NCBI GenBank assembly: GCA_029935275.1
Contig: JAOZKQ010000001.1
Location: 1 to 29,965, forward strand
DNA: 29,965 bases
Source: Bacteroidales bacterium
Lineage (GTDB): Bacteria; Bacteroidota; Bacteroidia; Bacteroidales; VadinHA17
Direction: 5' to 3'
The translations under genes and the position numbers were made by a program. Under the pieces are notes generated by a model. It did no database searches, had not been told where the DNA came from, and was given only the letters and a program-made list of their open reading frames with translations. Each line of letters starts with the position of its first letter. The first letter of the stretch is position 1. Of this stretch, positions 26,379-29,965 are shown piece by piece.

Positions 26379-27290
26379 CTAAATGGAAAATACTTTCCCC
26401 TCCTCTGCAAGTTCAGTGGCTGGAAAAACGCCCCTTGCTTCTTCAAGTAAGGGAGATAGATTTTTGTACCGGGCTGAAAAATGTCCTAAAATCAGCTTCT
26501 TCACATTTGCCTCTTTAGCAATATTTGCAGCCTGAATGGCAGTTGAATGAAATGTATCTTTGGCCCTATCAGCTTCGGACTCCATAAAAGTAGCTTCATG
26601 GAACAAAAGATCAACATTATTAATTTTACTTACCATAGCTCGATGATACATTGTATCAGTACAGTATGCAAATGATTTTGGCTTTAGAGGATCTTCAGTA
26701 AGTATGGAATTCGGGATAACTTTACCAGAAGGCAGGATAAAATCGGCACCTTCTTTAATAGTCATCCTGTTTTCAATAGGAATTTTATATATTTCCAACA
26801 ATTCCTTTTTCAACTTCCTGAGCTTGAGTTTTTCTCTAAACAAAAAACCACAGGTTGGAATCCTGTGCTTTAAGGGAAAACCCTCAATACTAATATTTTT
26901 GTCCTCATAGATTACACTGGATTTCTTACAATTAACAGAATGGAATACCAGGAGGTAAGCAAGCTTAATTCCAAAAAGCTGTAGATGAACAGAAATAATA
27001 TTTTCCAGTTCCGGTGAACCATATATATGTAAATCATGATCCCTGCCCATTAAACTAAAAGAAGAAAGAAGTCCAAATAAACCAAAAGTATGATCGCCAT
27101 GAGTGTGACTAATAAAAATATGATTTAGCCTGGACATTTTAAAGTGGTATTTTCGTAGAAGAAGTTGTGTACCCTCACCACAATCCAATAAAAAAATCCG
27201 CTCATGCACATTAAGTACATAAGCGGATGGATATCGTTTTGAAGTCGGCAAAGCCGAGCTCGTACCCAGTACTGTAAAAGAAAAAGGCAC
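26379..27290 (-). CDS. rnz: Ribonuclease Z
   Basis: FTVLGTSSALPT, LLDCGEGTQ, HTHGDH metallo-beta-lactamase motif, PLKHRIPTCG, YCTDT, LFHEATF, HSTA, LILGHFSARY. The start is placed at GTG 27290, 1 nt after the STAS stop; the track start (27311) overlaps the STAS gene. Confidence 0.95.
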   Translation of the reverse strand: MPFSFTVLGTSSALPTSKRYPSAYVLNVHERIFLLDCGEGTQLLLRKYHFKMSRLNHIFISHTHGDHTFGLFGLLSSFSLMGRDHDLHIYGSPELENIISVHLQLFGIKLAYLLVFHSVNCKKSSVIYEDKNISIEGFPLKHRIPTCGFLFREKLKLRKLKKELLEIYKIPIENRMTIKEGADFILPSGKVIPNSILTEDPLKPKSFAYCTDTMYHRAMVSKINNVDLLFHEATFMESEADRAKDTFHSTAIQAANIAKEANVKKLILGHFSARYKNLSPLLEEARGVFPATELAEEGKVFSI

Positions 27291-27291
27291 T

Positions 27292-27651
27292 TTATTCTTT
27301 CTCTTCCTCAACAGCCTGAATCAGGTCTTCAGCCTCATCAACAGCTTCGGTAATATTTAACACAGTATCTAACTGAGAAATAGTAATTAAGCGCTCAACA
27401 GCCTCACTCAATCCAGACAATACAAATGTTCCGTTAGCATTCTTGCATAACCTGTTGGCCACTAGAATTGCACTCAGTCCACTTGAGTCACAATATTTAC
27501 ATTTGTCCAGATCAAGGATAATGTTTTTTTCACCATTTCCAGAAATAAGTACCAATTCTGACTTTAAGTTCGGTGCAATATGCGTATCCAGCTTCTCTTC
27601 AAGTACCTGAATCAGCGTATAATCTTCTTGTTTTAAAATATTAAATTCCAT
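27292..27651 (-). CDS. STAS-domain anti-sigma-factor antagonist-like protein
   Basis: EEKLDTHIAPNLKSEL, NIILDLDKCKYCDSSGLSAILVANRLC, VERLITISQLDTVL. Confidence 0.9.
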   Translation of the reverse strand: MEFNILKQEDYTLIQVLEEKLDTHIAPNLKSELVLISGNGEKNIILDLDKCKYCDSSGLSAILVANRLCKNANGTFVLSGLSEAVERLITISQLDTVLNITEAVDEAEDLIQAVEEEKE

Positions 27652-27679
27652 AATTATTAAAATTGACCTCTAAAGATAA

Positions 27680-29842
27680 CTATTTTTTAGTTTTATTTTC
27701 CGTTTTCCTTTGGTTTTTTTCCATTTCAGTTTTTAAAGCTGCTAAATCACTAATATCACCTAAGGTTGTTTTCTCAAGATTAGCTTTTAATTTGCGTGTT
27801 TCCTTTTTGGTTTGATCCCGTTCTGTTTTCTTACCTTTTCTTTCCTCAGTCCTCTTTTCATCTTCAAAAACACGAGTATGTGAAAGCACTATTCTTTTTG
27901 CACTCTTATTGAATTCCAGTACTTTAAATGGAAGCTTTTCATCCACCTTAATTTTAGAACCATCTTCCTTTAGCAAATGTCTTGGACTTACAAATCCTTC
28001 AACACCATAAGGCATATTCACAATAGCTCCTTTATCAAAAACATCGGTAACTGTTCCTTCATGTATAGAATCAATAGAAAAAATCGTTTCGAACACATCC
28101 CAAGGATTCTCTTCTATTTGTTTATGACCAAGGCTTAATCTTCTATTATCCTTATCAATTTCCAGAACTACGACTTCAATTTCAGCACCAATAGAAGTAA
28201 ATTCAGCAGGATGCTTCACCTTTTTAGTCCAGGAAAGATCCGATATATGGATTAATCCATCTACGCCTTCTTCAATCTCAACAAAAATTCCAAAATTAGT
28301 AAAATTCCTTACTATTGCAGTATGCTTTGTTCCAACAGGATAACGTTCATCTATTTTATCCCAAGGATCTGGCTTCAACTGCTTAATACCAAGTGACATT
28401 TTACGATCATCCCGATCCAGGGTAAGAATAACGGCCTCAACCTCATCACCTACCTTTAGAAACTCCTGAGCACTTCTAAGGTGCTGTGACCAGGACATTT
28501 CAGAAACATGGATTAAACCTTCAACGCCAGGGGCAATTTCTATAAAAGCACCATAATCAGCAATTACAACTACTTTTCCTTTTGCTTTGTCACCCACTTT
28601 CAAATCCTTATCAAGCGCATCCCAAGGGTGAGGTGTAAGTTGCTTCAGGCCAAGGGCAATCCTTTTCTTATCATCATCAAAATCAAGAATTACTACATTT
28701 AATTTCTGATCAAGTTCCACAATTTCCTCCGGGTGGTTAACACGCCCCCAGGAGAGGTCAGTAATATGAATAAGGCCATCAACACCACCAAGGTCAATAA
28801 ATACACCATAAGATGTAATGTTTTTAACCGTTCCTTCAAGAACCTGGCCTTTTTCCAGCTTAGCGATAATTTCCTTTCTCTGCTGTTCAAGTTCTGCCTC
28901 AATAAGGGCTTTATGTGAAACAACCACATTTTTATATTCATTATTGATCTTAACCACTTTAAATTCCATGGTTTTACCAACAAAAATATCATAATCACGA
29001 ATAGGTTTAACATCAATTTGCGATCCCGGCAAGAAAGCTTCAATACCGAATACATCGACAATCATGCCCCCTTTTGTCCTGCATTTAATGTAACCATTAA
29101 TAACTTCATTTGTTTCAAGCGCTTCATTTACTCTATCCCATGATCTTAATGAACGTGCTTTTTTATGAGAAAGAATAAGTTGTCCATTTTTGTCCTCCTG
29201 GCTTTCAACATAAACCTCAACTTTATCACCAACTTTTAAATCCTCATTGTATCTAAATTCATTCAAACTTACGATACCTTCTGATTTGTAACCTATATTC
29301 ACTACAACTTCACGACTGTTTAGACCAATAACAGTACCATCAATCACTTCATGAACAGTAATTTTCGAAAGAGTGCTTTCATATATATCTTCGTACTCTG
29401 CCCTTTGTTTGCTGGTATAAATATCTACATCCTTTTCAAACTCTTCCCAATCAAACTCTTCTTCAAGAGCTTTTTCATCCTCATCCTTCACCTCTTCTGG
29501 TTTTAATTCAGAGGCCGTCTCGTCAGCAACCACCTCAGAAACAGACTGTTCATCCGAGCCATCTACATCGGCTTCAGTTTTTGCTGTTTCTTCTTTATGA
29601 TCTTCTTCTAATGTTTCAACTTCCGTTGCATCCTTGATTTCTTCAGCCACTGGTTCACGTGAGGTTTCTTCCTCCACTTTTGTTTCGACAGATACTGGAG
29701 CAGCTTCTTTTTTTGGCTCCTCCTCTAATGTTTCAGTTTTCTTTACTTCCTCGATTTCTTCTGCTTTTGCTTTTGGTTCTGCTACCTGATCATTCTTCCC
29801 GGCTGCTTCATCAACTGCAGTTTTTTTTGATTCTTCAGTCAT
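27680..29842 (-). CDS. rpsA: 30S ribosomal protein bS1 with a long acidic N-terminal extension
   Basis: Six S1 domains (GYKSEG; TKGGMIVDVFGIEAFLPGSQID; ITSYGVFIDLGGVDGLIHITDLSW; GLIHVSEMSW; GLIHISDLSW). Bacteroidota-type FDW motif at aa 130-132. Confidence 0.97.
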   Translation of the reverse strand: MTEESKKTAVDEAAGKNDQVAEPKAKAEEIEEVKKTETLEEEPKKEAAPVSVETKVEEETSREPVAEEIKDATEVETLEEDHKEETAKTEADVDGSDEQSVSEVVADETASELKPEEVKDEDEKALEEEFDWEEFEKDVDIYTSKQRAEYEDIYESTLSKITVHEVIDGTVIGLNSREVVVNIGYKSEGIVSLNEFRYNEDLKVGDKVEVYVESQEDKNGQLILSHKKARSLRSWDRVNEALETNEVINGYIKCRTKGGMIVDVFGIEAFLPGSQIDVKPIRDYDIFVGKTMEFKVVKINNEYKNVVVSHKALIEAELEQQRKEIIAKLEKGQVLEGTVKNITSYGVFIDLGGVDGLIHITDLSWGRVNHPEEIVELDQKLNVVILDFDDDKKRIALGLKQLTPHPWDALDKDLKVGDKAKGKVVVIADYGAFIEIAPGVEGLIHVSEMSWSQHLRSAQEFLKVGDEVEAVILTLDRDDRKMSLGIKQLKPDPWDKIDERYPVGTKHTAIVRNFTNFGIFVEIEEGVDGLIHISDLSWTKKVKHPAEFTSIGAEIEVVVLEIDKDNRRLSLGHKQIEENPWDVFETIFSIDSIHEGTVTDVFDKGAIVNMPYGVEGFVSPRHLLKEDGSKIKVDEKLPFKVLEFNKSAKRIVLSHTRVFEDEKRTEERKGKKTERDQTKKETRKLKANLEKTTLGDISDLAALKTEMEKNQRKTENKTKK

Positions 29843-29899
29843 GCGTAATCTTTTTTTAAATTAATAAGTTGGACAATATATTGTTTTGATTTCAGGGTG

Positions 29900-29907
29900 C
29901 AAAAGTA
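29900..29907 (-). promoter_or_regulatory. Bacteroidota -7 element (TACTTTTG) for rpsA-STAS-rnz
   Basis: Perfect TAnnTTTG followed by CACCC, 58 bp upstream of the rpsA ATG. Confidence 0.7.
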
Positions 29908-29965
29908 AGCTTTTTTTTTTAGATGTAATTAAATTCCTTAAAAAAGATTGTTATCCCCCTAAAAA

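Noticed and set aside
27291-27311. MRKRKNK N-terminal extension of RNase Z
   Set aside because: It is out-of-frame read-through of the STAS 3' end. GTG 27290 gives the standard RNase Z start context (xFSFTVLGTSSA).
28699-29061. 120-aa same-strand, different-frame ORF inside rpsA (and the other 60-107 aa ORFs nested in or antisense to long genes)
   Set aside because: They lie within well-supported conserved genes, have no motifs, and have compositions expected of shadow frames.

Overview
AT-rich window (roughly one-third GC by eye) from a Bacteroidota chromosome, most likely an anaerobic Bacteroidales/Marinilabiliales-type lineage. The taxon call rests on eight perfect TAnnTTTG (-7) Bacteroidota promoter elements upstream of minus-strand genes, a lipoprotein with a C-K-K-D-E export signal, and the FDW motif of bS1. 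The window is mostly housekeeping: serA (partial), serC, gcvT, clpB, guaA, pnuC plus a NadR-type kinase, a THUMP methyltransferase, rnz, rpsA, a MATE pump, a flavin reductase and four peptidases (retropepsin-PDZ, S9B, S41, C1). Less ordinary parts: (i) a four-gene plus-strand block converging on clpB, encoding a surface lipoprotein, a protein with a J-domain-like HPD motif plus an acidic linker and LRRs, a stand-alone Hpt and a STAS protein; (ii) a 1026-aa ABCG/White-type half-transporter with a TerB-like and possibly FHA-like N-terminus, convergent on an orphan SiaB/SiaC kinase-substrate pair; (iii) an rpsA-STAS-rnz operon whose bS1 has a ~125-aa acidic extension with an internal 39-aa-period duplication; (iv) three distinct structured intergenic elements (a REP-like triple hairpin, a TA-flanked MITE-like element and a 122-bp long palindrome); (v) a candidate TGACA-N3-TGTCA operator upstream of clpB. 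No rRNA, tRNA, CRISPR array, transposase or phage gene was recognised. All family assignments come from motif recognition by eye; no database searches were run.
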